NCBI RefSeq assembly: GCF_009914755.1
Contig: NC_060941.1
Reading direction: 5' to 3' (one strand)
DNA: 64,000 nucleotides
Source of the DNA: the human T2T-CHM13v2.0 reference genome, Homo sapiens
This document shows, one piece after another, positions 38,008-59,950 of the stretch; position 1 is the first letter of the stretch; each line of letters opens with the position of its first letter. The position numbers were made by a program, and so were the translations under genes. The notes beneath the pieces were generated by a model, which did no database searches, was not told where the DNA came from, and saw only the letters and a list, made by a program, of their open reading frames with translations.

Positions 38008-38326
38008 TTCTTCCTCCCCTTTCTCCCCTCCGCCTCCCCCCTCCCTCCTCCTTTCCCCTCTCCTCCTTCTTCTTCTTCTCCTTCCTCCTCCTCCTCCTCC
38101 TCCTCTTTCTTACTCCTTCCATTCTGTTGCCCAGACTGGAGTGCAGTGACCTTGGCTCACTGCAACCTCTGCCTCCCAGGTTCAAGCAATAATTTTCTGT
38201 ATTTTTAGTAGACACGGGTTTTTGCTATGTTGGCCAGGCTAGTCTCAAACTCCTGACCTCAAGTGATCCACCTGCCTCAGCCTCCCAAAGTGCTGGGATT
38301 ACAGGCGTGAGCCACTGCGCCGGGCC
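38008..38326 (-). mobile_element. Internally deleted Alu with (TCC/TTC)n low-complexity tail
   Basis: Alu 38120-38326; pyrimidine repeat 38008-38120. Confidence 0.8.
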
Positions 38327-38904
38327 AGCAATGTCTTCTTCAAATGTCACACAATGTTACAGTTCTTTTTCATTTGCCCATTCTTTCAACGTTGAGCACC
38401 TCATATGTTCGAGACACTGAGTTTGTCAGCCTTTTGACATCTTTCCATCCCTCAAGGAGCTCACAGTTCAGGGGGGACATAGACAGGGGAATACAATGGA
38501 AATATACTGAGAAGTGCTGTGCCAGAGGTAAGCACAGTGTGCAAATGAAGACAGAGAAAGACAACCCAACTCAAAGGGCAGCAAAAGAGGGCAGTGGCGT
38601 AAAGTCTTTCCAGAAGAGACAATGCCTGCCAGGTGTTACAAGGAGGGACAAGCTTCCAGATCAAGGAGACAGCAACTGTAAAAAAAAAAAAAAAAAAAAA
38701 AGAAAAGAAAAGAATTCAATATGGCTGAACACAGAGTACAAGCAGGGGAAGAGTGAGAGATGAGCTGGGTGGGCAGGGACCTCATCAGACCCCAGAAGCC
38801 CTTCTAAGGATTCGGAGCTTGAGCCTAAAAGCAATGAGGAGATGCTGAATGATTATGTTAGAGCACTTCAAAGGAAGTCGTTTGCTTCTCATATTTTTCT
38901 TATT

Positions 38905-39084
38905 TCCCATTCTCTCTCTCTCTTTTCCTTCCTTCCTTTCTTTTTCTTTTTTTCTCTCTCTCCCCCTTTCTTTTTCTTTCTTCCTTTCTTTCTGAAATTG
39001 CAGCTGATCCTTCCTCCCCTCCCTCCCTCCCTCTCTCTCTCTCCCTCTCTCTCTCTCTCTTTCTTTCTGAAATTGCAGCTGATC
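38905..39084. repeat. CT-rich polypyrimidine tract containing a 26-bp direct repeat
   Basis: ctttctttctgaaattgcagctgatc at 38984-39009 and 39059-39084. Confidence 0.9.
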
Positions 39085-39377
39085 TGGTCTATACCCAAAG
39101 AGAATAAGTGCAAGGGATTTATTTACAGTATGTCCATGGTTGGGTGGAGAAAAAGATGGAGTTGATCCCTGAAACCTGACTTTTGATGGCAGTAAGTAGC
39201 AAAATGAGAGGATCCCAGGAATAATTCCTATCTCCCACAGACTTTTCTTCCATCTAAATCTGGAGATGCCTGTGTTCGATTTTCATGAGGAGGCTGTTAC
39301 CTCCAAGGTGTGGACAGGAACCTTTTTTTTCTTGCCAAATGAGCAAAGAAAGGAATCTTAATTACAGAGAGGTCTAC

Positions 39378-39552
39378 ACTCTTGCTACTTGAAACTGGGT
39401 CCCTGGACCAATAGAATCAGCATCCCCTGGGAACTGGTTGTACAGACAGAAATCTGAAGCTCCACCCCAAACATACTGAATCCAAATCTGCATTTTAAAC
39501 AAGATGCCTGGGTGATTCCCATGCACATTCAAGTCTGAAAAGTCCTGATCTA
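39378..39552. mobile_element. MER5A (hAT-Charlie)
   Basis: atcagcatcccctgggaac...tactgaatccaaatctgcattttaaacaagat...ggtgattc...gcacattcaagt. Confidence 0.75.
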
Positions 39553-39809
39553 CAAGATAGGAAAACTGCCTAGTTGGTAAAACTTAGGGTACTGTGTTGC
39601 AATCTGTGTTTTGTTTTGCGTGACTGATTTATGAGTAATCAGTTTGTCAGCCTCTATGATTACTAATTTATGTCCAAAAGCAAACTCAATCAGGGGCTAA
39701 ACCCTTTCTACTCTACTGAACATTTCTAAGAAATCTCCACAGAGCCCACGATGTTGTGATCCATTTAAATACAGGACTTGCTCTCTGGCTGATGAGTAAA
39801 AGATTCGTT

Positions 39810-40615
<806 letters not shown>

Positions 40616-40736
40616 TAGAAAGCTTCATTTATGCCAGCATGCAGGTCCCCTCTTCTAGCTTACCAACATTATTTTCTAGAGAGATGCCACAACAAACATA
40701 AATTCACAGTTAAGGGATGCTCTCAATGGATTTTCT

Positions 40737-40759
40737 CTGTCTGTCTGTCTGTCTATCTG

Positions 40760-40805
<46 letters not shown>

Positions 40806-40913
40806 TAAGCAGAGACAGGGTTTCACCATGTTGCCTAAGCTGGTCTCAAAGTCCTGAGCTCAAGCGATCCACCCACCTCAGCCTCCCAAAGTGCTGGGAT
40901 TATGGGCATGAGC
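40737..40913 (-). mobile_element. Alu left monomer (FLAM-like) with (TCTG)n(TC)n(TA)n tail
   Basis: TSD ctcaatggattttct 40722-40736 / 40914-40928. Confidence 0.8.
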
Positions 40914-41414
40914 CTCAATGGATTTTCTTTAATATATCAAGTCTCTAGTTGACTCCTTACGAAGAAAAGAGAATTTGCTGTTGTTGGGAGCAAAATGTCT
41001 GTTGCAGTTAGTCTCTGTCCGGGAGTCGTGCCCTCCTGAATATAAACTCAGGGCCAGAGCCAAGACTTTAATTTGTGAAGCACAAGTATTGATTTGGTGA
41101 CACCATTGTCTTCCCCTGATGCTGTTCCTATCAACCCAAATTATCTGTGTGAACATAGGAGCCATTTTTTCCGGGTGTGCTGGGCAGCTGGTGACAAGCT
41201 GCTTGCCGATAGGCCCTGACAGAGATGAACACTTGGCTGCTGTTGGGCAGTCAACACTGTCCTTGCCAGGGCGTTGCTGGGCAAAGGAATCTGCAGCCCT
41301 GAAGCCGATGAGCATACACCACCCCAACAGACCCAGTGCTCCATGCTGATTTCAGCAACCCACAGCAAGGCTCAGACAAGGGAAGAGGCTCTCAGCTTAT
41401 GGGTGAACTATTCC

Positions 41415-41702
41415 TTTTGTTTTGTTTTGAGACAGGGGCTTGCTCTGTCACCCAGGTAGCATGATCTTGGCTCACCGCATTACTGCAGCCTCAGTCTTCC
41501 GGGCTCAAGCGATTCTCCTGCCTCAGCCTACTGAGTAATTAGGACCACAGCCGTGTGTCAACATGACCGGCTAATTAACAAAACTGTAGAGACAGGGTCC
41601 CCCTGTGTTGCCCAGGTTGGTGTTGAACTGGGCTCATGCAATCCTCTCGCCTCAGCCTCCAAAGGTGCTGGGATTACAGGCATGAGCCACCGTGCCCAGC
41701 CT
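41415..41702 (-). mobile_element. Diverged AluJ
   Basis: Reverse Alu. Confidence 0.8.
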
Positions 41703-42654
41703 GGGAGAACTCTTCTAAAGAACTATGTAAAGGGTATTATGTCCCCCCAAATGATCTGGAGTCTCATTTCCTGGTGTTACTTCAGGAAGCTGTGGGGTCA
41801 GCTCCCTTTGTGTGCTTTCCCTCAGGGGCCCAGTGGGCTGCTCTGACACTGTTCACTTCATCCCACTATTTCACCTCTGGGACAACTCTTTTGGTTGCCA
41901 CATATGTGCAAGGATGAGAAGGATACAATCACACCACCTCATTTGGAAAATACACGCTGAGACTCTTGATTTCATCTTCTGTGGAATGACTTTTGCTTTG
42001 CAAACTAAATCTGGATGTTAAGACAGGGGAACAACCGCAAGTTCCCCATTTTCATGTTAACTCCTGGCCCTCAAGGATGATTAACTTTAGAAACTGAAAA
42101 CGCATTTGGGCTAATCGTTTATGAGATCTGATTAAGAGCTTTACAGAGAAGATTTGCACCGCTGTTAAGAAAGGCTCTAGCAATTCAGGAGAATGCACAT
42201 GTAAGGGATTTCCTTCCACCGGATTAGAAAGAAGAGCTAGAAAACACAGCTGAAGACACAAGAGAGGAAGAGGTGAAGACCTGCCTGTACGAATCCAAAG
42301 AAAAAAGTCTGTATGTGGGTGAACACATCTGAAGAAGTTCCATGAGAACCACTGACTAAAATGTAACGTGACTAAATAACGTGTGTGCAGCCACGTTAAT
42401 GTGTGACGTGTGTAGCTGCAAGGATCTAGTGAAAGTCTGGGAATATGCATAAAAGAATTAAGTATTTGTAGGCCACTGTCTAGAATTTACAATTTGCCTC
42501 CTCCCAGATTTGTCCTGATCCGTCCACTTGCAATGCCCTTCTCTGTCTTTCCTTCTCCATTAATACATGCTTATCACCTTATTCAAGAGCCAAGGAGAAT
42601 CTCACCACCTGCAGGAAGACTGCCCAGACTGACCCCTCTTAACTGTAATCATCC

Positions 42655-42958
42655 TTTTTTTTTTTTTTTCTTTTTTAAGACAGAATCTCACTCTGTCATC
42701 TAGGCTGGAGTGCACTGGCCCGATCTGGGCTCACTGCAACCTTCGCCTCCTGGGTTCAAGCAATTGTCCTGCCTCAGCCTCCAGAGTAGCTGAGATTACA
42801 GGTGCACACCACCATGCCTGGTTAATTTTTGTATTTTTAGTAGAGATGAGTTTTCACCATGTTAATCAGGCTGGTCTCAAACTCCTGGCCTCAAGTGATC
42901 TGCCTGCCTCCGCCTCTCAAAGTGCTGAGATTACAGGCCTGAGTCACCACACCTGGCC
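42655..42958 (-). mobile_element. AluS
   Basis: Reverse Alu; TSD tcttaactgtaatcat. Confidence 0.88.
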
Positions 42959-43202
42959 TCTTAACTGTAATCATTCTTTTAAATGCACCCTCTCCAAATG
43001 TGTGTGTCCTACATGTCCTAGGGGAGCCCACACGGCATTAACGGCATCTTTCTTAATGATCATTTTCATGCCACTTTCCATATGTGTGGTTTGTGTTCCT
43101 AAACCAGTCTACAAGCTCCTTGAGGTGGGGACTATTTGGGAGGAGAAAGGGTGTGGTTTGTTTGGTTGCTGTTGTTCTTGGCCTTTTCTCTTGGATATCC
43201 TA

Positions 43203-43670
43203 AAGCAGTGCTTCTTAAACTTTAACAAGCACATTAAATGCTTATTATTGTTACATATTATATGCTTATTAATGTTACCTGTTAAATATTTATTAATGCT
43301 AAATGCTTCTTACTAAAATGCAGAGCTGATTTAGTAGGAATGGGTTGGGCCTGAGATCCTGCATTTCTTTGTCTTTGTTTCTTCTCTCTCTTTCTTTCTT
43401 CCTTTTCTTTCCTTCCTTCCTTCGCTTTCTTTCTTTCCTTTTTTTTTTTTTTTTTTCTAAATGGAGTTTTGCTCTGTTGCCCAGGCTGGAGTGCAGTGGT
43501 GCAGTCACAGCTCACTGCAATCTCAAACTCCTGGGCTCAAGCAACCCTCCCACCTCAGCTTCTCAAAGGAGCTGAGACTATAGGCGTCTATCACCATGCC
43601 TGGCTAGATTCTGCATTGCCAACCTAAGTGCGGCTATTGGTTGGAGGACCACACTTTTGAGTGGCAAGGC
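43203..43670. mobile_element. MER5-type element interrupted by an Alu right arm (43440-43606, -)
   Basis: cagtgcttcttaaactt...gggcctgagatcctgcatttct...gaccacacttttgagtggcaag. Confidence 0.6.
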
Positions 43671-44271
43671 TTTGTAATTCCCAGAATAGTGCTTCAACAT
43701 AAACAAGCAAGACTTTTGGTAGTATTCTAGGAAAATTCCCTTCTGAGGCCCAAGCCCTTCAAGCAAATTCTACCTTGCAATAAGGCGTTTCCTCTTTGAT
43801 CACTAGACTGCCCCCTAAATTAACTGCAGCCTGAGGACATGCTTTTGTTATAGTGCAGTTGTTTGAATTTGTGTTTAAATCTAGGAATACAGATAGTTTT
43901 ACTAATGTAATTTGAGAAGATTGGTGAGTTATTTTGGGTATGCATGGCCTAGCCCTGCAATCCTAGGATTCTCTTGATAAGCGCCACAATTATACCAGCT
44001 GATCCCATAAAAAGGCAAAACAGTCTAGCCCGCATAGAGTGCTGACAGCTGTAACACCCCCTTCTGGACGAGGGGTCTTCGCTTTTCCCCCAGGTGGGTT
44101 AGGTAGCTGGAAGCAGACATAAAGCTTTTATTTTCCTGTGCCTGGTAAGTCTCTGTTTCCTGTGGAAAGTCCCACTTCATCAGAGGCAAAGAATTCTCTC
44201 TTAGTTTCACCTCTGAAGCTAGGAAAATTAGCCTTTAACCATACTAAATAGACTTCAATAAACGTTTTTCT

Positions 44272-44812
44272 ATTTTCTTTTTAAATAGAGACAGGGTGTC
44301 CCTATGTTACCCAGGCTTGTCTCAAACACCTGGGCTCAAGTGATCCTCCCACCTCAGCCTCCCGAAGTGTCGGAATTACAGGCATGATCCTAGCCAATAA
44401 ATGTTTTTTAACTGGGAGGGACAGACCAGAAGGATAAGCCGGCACTAATGAAACCAGAAAGACACTTGGCTGGACTCCTAGCATGACACCAGCAAGAGGA
44501 AAGTCAAGGCCAGATGCCATCGCTCACACCTGTAATTCTAACACCTCGGAGGCTGAGCTGGGAAGATCTCTTGAGGCCAAGAGTTTGAGACCAGCCTGAG
44601 CAACATGGCAAGACCACCCCCCTCCCCATCTCTACAAAAAGAGTAAAAAATTAGCCAGATCTGGTGGTGCATACCTGTAGTCCCAGCTACTTAGGAGGCT
44701 GAGGTGCTTGGGCCTGGGAGTTCAAGGCTGCAGTGAGCTATGATTGCCCCACTGCACCCCAGCCTGGGTGACAGAGCAAAACCCTGTCTCAAAAAAAAAA
44801 AATAAATAAATA
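44272..44812. mobile_element. FLAM-like monomer (44272-44395, -) and AluJ (44508-44812, +)
   Basis: Alu consensus matches. Confidence 0.8.
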
Positions 44813-45122
44813 AAGGAGAGTCAAGTCTCTCAGGGCCTTGGTTTACTTATCTGTAAAATGAAGGTATTGGGCTAGAAGATTCCTAGCAGCCCTAACAGGT
44901 TAACTAACAGCCAACTTGGGAGAAAGGCAAAGAGACAAGAATTCCAACGCTGGCTACTTGACAGCACAATGTGACTGGAGTCTCTTGGCTGACTTGTATT
45001 CTCTCACTGGTCTCAGCCCAAATGCTTGCCCTGATATGGTACTAAGTTATCCCTTCCTAGAAAAGTTGGTGCCTCACATCCGCCTGCCTGTTGTAGAAAG
45101 ACGTGAAAAGACACGCCCTGTG

Positions 45123-45136
45123 CTGCCACCTAGTGG
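45123..45136 (-). promoter_or_regulatory. CTCF motif
   Basis: Minus strand CCACTAGGTGGCAG matches the CCASYAGRKGGCRS core exactly. Confidence 0.6.
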
Positions 45137-45719
45137 TTCCTCTTCTATCAAGGCAGGGTAGACTCTTCCTTTCTGTTCTCCATCCACCGGCTATGAGGGT
45201 CTAACAGGAGAGACTAAAAATAATGCACTTCCAGGTGCCACCGCTTTAAGGGAATCAGGGACTATGACTAAGAACTACAAGGTCTTCTAAACTTTATAAT
45301 TTCCTCCGTATTGTTATTTCCTGTCTGTTTCGCTGCAGCGATTAGCAGTAAAACTCTAAAAACAAAAATGACCAAGGTTGTTTTTAAGGTCAGCAAGGAA
45401 GCAGGGAACTGGGGAGAGACAGCACCCCAGGGTTTGAGGTAAACAACACCAGGAGATGGAGTGGGTGGAAGGAGCTGAATAGCGGAAAGGAAAGAGGGTG
45501 AAGTCCTCTGGCTTGTTTGAAAAAGGAAAGAGGGGGTGGGAGGATGAAGTTGCCTTTTAGCTGGAATGAAAGTCATCATCTTAATAGCATTGTCATTCTT
45601 TCCTGTTTTGTCTTTAGATGCACAAATCTGTTTTCAAGCCTGGAAAATGAAGCAAATGTGTGGTTTTCAGCTACTGTTGCAGTTCAGGGGCCTTTGTAGC
45701 AAATGATACTCCCCTAGAC

Positions 45720-46078
45720 TAAGGATCCGAAATACAAATGTCTATAGAAAGGCCACGCAGATATCGTACTTGGATGGAGGCAGCCAGAGGTAAGGCTGTT
45801 GGGAGTGGTGGGGACTGTGGTAAACAGGAGAGTACTCACTCCATCTAAGGAAGCAGAAACAACCAGTCCCAGGTGATTATGGGCCTAACCAAACCGTGTA
45901 CCCACATTGCTAGATCTTTCACATTTTCAGGAGAAGCTGGAAACTTGGATTATTATGTGAAGTCACCTTATTTTTAAATGTTGGCGGCTAATGTTGCTTA
46001 AAAACAAACAACAGTACTCTGAGCCAAATAAAACATATCAATGAGACATATTTAGCTCAAAGGCCAACTCTTTGAAAA
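45720..46078 (+). mobile_element. MER102-like (hAT-Charlie)
   Basis: gggagtggtggggactgtgg...ttgctagatctt...gagaagctggaaac...tttttaaatgttggc. Confidence 0.7.
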
Positions 46079-46374
46079 CATGAATACAGAGCATTTTGCA
46101 ATCTGGAACGCTAAAGCACTAATATGATTTTTTCAAGGCATGTGGTCTTCTTCTGAATAACAAATGACAAGGCAACAAGCAAATACCAGGTAAACTGGGG
46201 AACTGCAAAATGCTTTGTGTTACGATTTGTTAAAATTGACTATTGTGCCTAGAAATTTATATAAAGAGCTAGTTTGTTAATTTTTCATGTCCAACTGGAA
46301 AGCTCTGATATATTCTTTCAATAAATCATGAAACATTTATTGAGCACCTAATATATGCAAAGTAAAGATAAATA

Positions 46375-46990
<616 letters not shown>

Positions 46991-47004
46991 TAAAAAGATA
47001 AATA

Positions 47005-47535
47005 AAACTTTTTCTATAAAAAGTGTCAGATTGTATTTACTTTATTTCTTTTTTCTTTGTTTTTTGAGACACAGTCCCAGTCTGTCTCCCCAGCTGGAGT
47101 ATAGTGGTACGTTCTCAGCTCACTGCAACCTCCACCTTCTGGGTTCAAGCGATTCTCCTGCCTCAGCCTTCTGAATAGCTGGGATTACAGGTGCCCACCA
47201 CCACGCCCAGCTAATTTTTGTCTTTTTAGTAGAGACGGGGTTTCACCATGTTGGCCAGGCTGGTCTTGATCTCCTGACCTCGGGTGATCCACTTGCCTTG
47301 GCCTCCGAAAGTGCTGAGATTACAGGTATGAGCTATGATGCCCAGCCCAAATAGTAAGTATTTTAGGCTTTGAGGTCCATTCAGTCTCCATCACAACTAT
47401 TCAGATCTGCCTTTGTAGTCACAAAGCAGTCTTAGCCAATACATAAACTAATGGATATGGCTGCGTTCTAATAAAACTTTATTTACAACAGGCAGCAGTC
47501 CAAATTTGGCCTGTAAGCCATAGTTTGCCAATCTC
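47005..47535 (+). mobile_element. MER58A interrupted by an AluS (47040-47348, -)
   Basis: aaactttttcta...atagtaagtattttaggctttg...aataaaactttatttacaa...ccatagtttgcc. Confidence 0.75.
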
Positions 47536-47680
47536 AGATGTAGAAGATTTAAGAGAGCTTGCAGCCTAATGCAACAGTTTTATTTTTAAATATTTACATG
47601 TTTATATTTTGCCTACTAAGACAAGGAATTAGAGTAATATTGCTATGGTTTTTACGTTATATTTTGGGTGACAACACTGA

Positions 47681-48985
<1,305 letters not shown>

Positions 48986-49004
48986 AAAAATTTCTGAATA
49001 GGGA

Positions 49005-49285
49005 TGCTTCCATTTGGCCTCATGACCCTTCCCTCTTCTTCCTGACCTAGAACACAGATGCAATAGCTTAGAGGTTCGGCAACCATTTTGTGACCGCAAG
49101 GACAAAAACAACAAACTAAGGATGGTGGAGTGGAGAGAAAGAGGAAGCTTTAATGATATCATTGAGCAGCATCACTAGCCCTGAGTGGAATACCTTTGGG
49201 TTTCTTATTACATGAGAAAAAATACAGTCCCCATGGAGTAAAACCATTATTATCTGGCTTTCTATTACCTGCAACCTAACCCTAA
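49005..49285 (+). mobile_element. Old MaLR LTR (MLT1-like) fragment
   Basis: cttcttcctgacctagaa...gcaaccattttgtgacc...taaggatggtggag...tgatatcattgagc. Confidence 0.5.
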
Positions 49286-49624
49286 GCCTTTCTATTTGGG
49301 GCTATTTAGAGTTTCCTCCTATTTTCACAGTCCATCAACATTGCTCAGGAAATGAAAACGCAACAGCGATCTGGCATGCAATGCAGTTGTATTAACTCCC
49401 CCTCTTCCTGTGCCACTTTAAAAAGTTGAAGTTAACATTATTTAAAATCTTGTTACAAACTCAAATAACATATAAAGATCAAAATCCATTGAGTTTCTTA
49501 GGAAGAAGTCTTATTACAATACATCAACATCAAGTTCAAAGAAAATGTTCTGTAATACAGCTAAGAAAATCAAAGCGATTGTCAACAGATTTTTTTGAAC
49601 TTGTTTTAGGTAGCAAACATTTTA

Positions 49625-50415
<791 letters not shown>

Positions 50416-50499
50416 TAGGACAATTTGATGTATTTTGTACATCAAAAAATAATGGATTATAACATGTTAAATGAAATGTAAAAGACTTATGAATTCACA

Positions 50500-51980
<1,481 letters not shown>

Positions 51981-52555
51981 ACTTCATACTATGCCTCGGA
52001 ATTTTATTGTAACTGTTATTCTTCTGGTAGATATTAAGATGTACTAGCTAGACATTCTGACACAAGCTGTAGGTATCACATAAGCATTATTCAGTAAAGA
52101 TTATTTGAGTCTGGCCTACTACAAGCCAGACATGATTTTAGACAATTAGGATACTTGAATGAACAAAACAGAGATCTCTGGTCCTGTGAAGCTTATATTC
52201 CGGGGGGGAGAGACAGACAGAGACACTAAACATAATAAGTAAATAAATTGTGGGAAAAAACAGTCGAGTAGGAGTTAGGGGACAATTTGGGAAATACTAA
52301 AGTGGAGACTTAGATAAATAAATGAAAGAAGCATAGAGATGGATTTAGGGAATATTGAGATAATGTCCAAATTTTCTATTATTCTAGGATATGCTGGTTT
52401 GGTTTCACCTGAAGAATACTGCACCTTTTAATCACACGAAGCCATTTCAAGTATTCCTAGTTAGTATTCACAATTGGTATGCATTTCAGGCACACCAATT
52501 CTGAATCCTAACTAGGAATACACTGGTTCTCTTTCACCTTTTACTGAATCCCAAC

Positions 52556-52669
52556 TAGGGTGACCAGGTGTCCTGGTTTGCCCAGGACTAAGGGGTTTCC
52601 CACGACATGGGACTTTCAGTGTTAAAATTGGGATAGTCCTGGGTGAACTGGGATGGGTTGGTCACCTTA
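52556..52669. mobile_element. MER81 (hAT-Blackjack MITE)
   Basis: 114 bp with terminal inverted repeats TAGGGTGACCA...TGGTCACCTTA. Confidence 0.75.
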
Positions 52670-52779
52670 ATACTGCTACTTGCCACTTGTGTGACTTCCA
52701 GTAAATCATTTAGCTTCCAAGAGTCCTGATTTCGTCATCTATAAAAAGGACATTATACATACACACATATATATATATG

Positions 52780-55075
<2,296 letters not shown>

Positions 55076-55269
55076 AAGAAATAGATAAAAAATATTTTAG
55101 ATTAAAAAAATGATTATAATGTCTGTGTGAGGTCTAAGTGAGTCTTTGCTCTCCTCCCCTGAAACACACATAGTTATCACACCAAATTATCATTGTGTAT
55201 GTCTTTGTCTGTCTTGTCCACTGAACTGAGACCCCTGGGATGACAGAAACTTTCTAATTCATCCAGGGA

Positions 55270-55590
55270 TAGCCCAGTGTGGTGATGCATGCCTATAGTC
55301 CCAGCTACTTGGGAGGCTGAGGTGGGAGGATCGCTTGATCCCAGAAGTTAGAGACTGCAGTGAGCTATGATCATGTCACTGCACTCCAGCCTGGGTGACA
55401 GAGTGAGACCCAGTCCCTAAAAATAATAGTAATAATAAAAATCAAGAATAGGCCAGGCACTGTGGCTCACATCTATAATACCAGTATTTCGAGAGGCCAA
55501 GGAGGGAGGATTGCTTGAGGCCATGAGTTTGAGACCAATCTGGGCAACATAGCAAAACCCCATCTCTAAAAAAAATAAAATTAAAAAAAT
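55270..55590 (+). mobile_element. Alu right arm (55270-55440) plus left monomer (55451-55590)
   Basis: Alu consensus matches. Confidence 0.8.
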
Positions 55591-55614
55591 ATATATATAT
55601 ATGTATTTCACACG

Positions 55615-55797
55615 TGGCCAACTTTCCGATCATGTAAGCTGTGCAGTCTCACAAGACCCTATGATCAGAAGGACCCCACACTTTGTTCAATGCCCTGCTG
55701 TCACTGTCTTGAAATTTTTAATACTACGGTATCTGAATAAAATGTAGGTGCCCCTCATCATTCTGCACTGGGCGCTGCAAATGGTGTAGCTGTCCTG
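55615..55797 (+). mobile_element. MER91-like (hAT-Tip100)
   Basis: ctgtgcagtctcaca...tcagaagg...ctgctgtcactgtcttgaaatt...tgcactggg...gtagctgtcctg. Confidence 0.65.
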
Positions 55798-56269
55798 AAG
55801 TCACCTTTGTACCCCCATCACTTAGCTTAGTACTGATGCGCGGTGGGTGCTCAATAAACATGAATTACTTTTCCCAGTCCCAGTACCCTAAGAACAGCCC
55901 AATGACCTTCCACACCGATTTACCTAGAGCTTCCTACCTGCCAGGGACTGTTAGCTGCTGGGATACAGGGGGAGCCAAAGCAGGCAGCTGAGACTCTTCC
56001 CATCACTGCAGGGGAAGCATTGAGGAGGAAGCTGTTCACGAAGCCACACGTGCCTACCTAACTACTATCTCCAGCAGCAATTACAGCATCTGACTCATTT
56101 GTACTTTTAGTCAGAGAAAAACGCATCACCTTGGAATCCTGATCTTGTGAGTTCTTCTTTGTTACAGGAAACAGAAGGCTCTGATGAATTAGGATGGGAC
56201 TTTAGTTCTTTTCCACGGTGTGAATTTTTCAGTGTGCTTGTGAAAGATCACATTGACATCTATAATTAA

Positions 56270-57960
<1,691 letters not shown>

Positions 57961-58148
57961 AAATGAATTTTTCTAGCGGCAAGACCTGGGGGACAATTCC
58001 TTAATCTCTCCAAAGTTTAGTTGTTTATCAGTTAATACAACCCTGGTGTCACAAGGGCTGTTGTAAACATTACATGAGATAATGCCTGTATCACTCTTAG
58101 CACAGTGTCTGGCTCTTAGTGAGAATGTCACAACAGAAACAGAACCTA

Positions 58149-58618
<470 letters not shown>

Positions 58619-58969
58619 TCACCTAACACTGTGAACACAGTAAGGTCCCTTTCTTCCCTCTCAGCCTTGGTGGTGACGCCTCTCTCTGCCCCCACTCCCC
58701 TAGGCATGCAGCGAGCTTTGCTCTTTGGGGAGGCTGAGCAGGGGGATTGGGATGCCTGCAGCTGCTGGCAGCAGTGCTAGGGAGAGGGGCCTTGACCTGT
58801 CCTGGCGTCTTTAGTTTCTGGGAGCCCACTCCTTTCTAACAGGGTTTGCCCACTGAGCACTTGAGAACTTGTGCCCTGGAAATAGACAGGACTGGGTTTG
58901 AATCCCAGCTCCATGACTTACATTCTGAGTCATCTCTATCTAGTGACCTGTGTAATGAATATTTCCTAC

Positions 58970-59333
58970 CTGTCTTGGTTCAGGCTGCTATAGAAACTAC
59001 CATAGACTAAGTGGCTTAGAAGCAACAGTGTTATTTCTCACAGTTCTGGAGGCGAGAAGTCTGAGATCAGGGTGCCAGCAGGGTCAGGCTCTGGGCAGGG
59101 CCCTCTTCTGGGTTGCAGCCTGCTGACCTCTGCTTGTATCCTCCCTCATATGGCAGAAAGAGGGCTGGAGAGATCTCTGGGTCTCTTTGCTAAGGGCACT
59201 AATCTCATTCATGATGGCTTTACCCTCATCACCTCATCACCTCCGAAAGGCCCTACCTCCTAACACCATCACACTGGGGGTTTAGAGTTCAACATATGAA
59301 TTTTGGGGAAACACAAACATTCAGTCTCTTAAC
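58970..59333 (-). mobile_element. MLT1A-like MaLR LTR
   Basis: ttatttctcacagttctggagg...aagggcactaatctcattcatga...ttcaacatatgaattttgggg...cacaaacattcagtc. Confidence 0.8.
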
Positions 59334-59640
59334 GCTTGCTGGATTAATGAGATAATGTACCTGTAGTACCCAGCACATACAAATAACTCAATAAATACTT
59401 CTTTTCCTCTTCCTCCTCATTATTATTTATTCTGCATATCTCTATCTGAGCAAATACTGGGTTTCTTCTCTTCAACTCCTGTTCCAGTAATCTATATAGA
59501 TATTCTACTTTCCAGGGTTATTTTGCTTAGTATTTAATGATATTCCCATCCTATATCCATTTTCTTAAGTTCCCATTCTAGTACGAAAATGAAGTGAATC
59601 CCCTTTGTTAATAAATTTTAATGTCATTTAAAAAAATACA

Positions 59641-59950
59641 GGCCAGGCTTGGTGGTTCATGCCTGTAATCCCAGCACTTTGCAAGGCAGAGGCAGGTGAA
59701 TTGCTTGAGGTCACGAGTTCGAGACCAGCCTGAGCAACATGATGAAACCCTGTCTCTACTAAAAATACAAAAATTAGCTGGGCATGGTTGCAGGAACCTG
59801 TAATCCCAGCTACTCAGGAGGCTGAGATTGGTGGATCCCTTGAGCCCAGGGAGGTCGAGGCTGCAGTAAGCCATGATTATGCCACTGCACTCCAGCCTGG
59901 GCAACAGAATGAGACCCTGTCTCACACACACACAAATAAAAATAAATTAA
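59641..59950 (+). mobile_element. Alu
   Basis: Full Alu, (CA)n/A tail. Confidence 0.87.
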
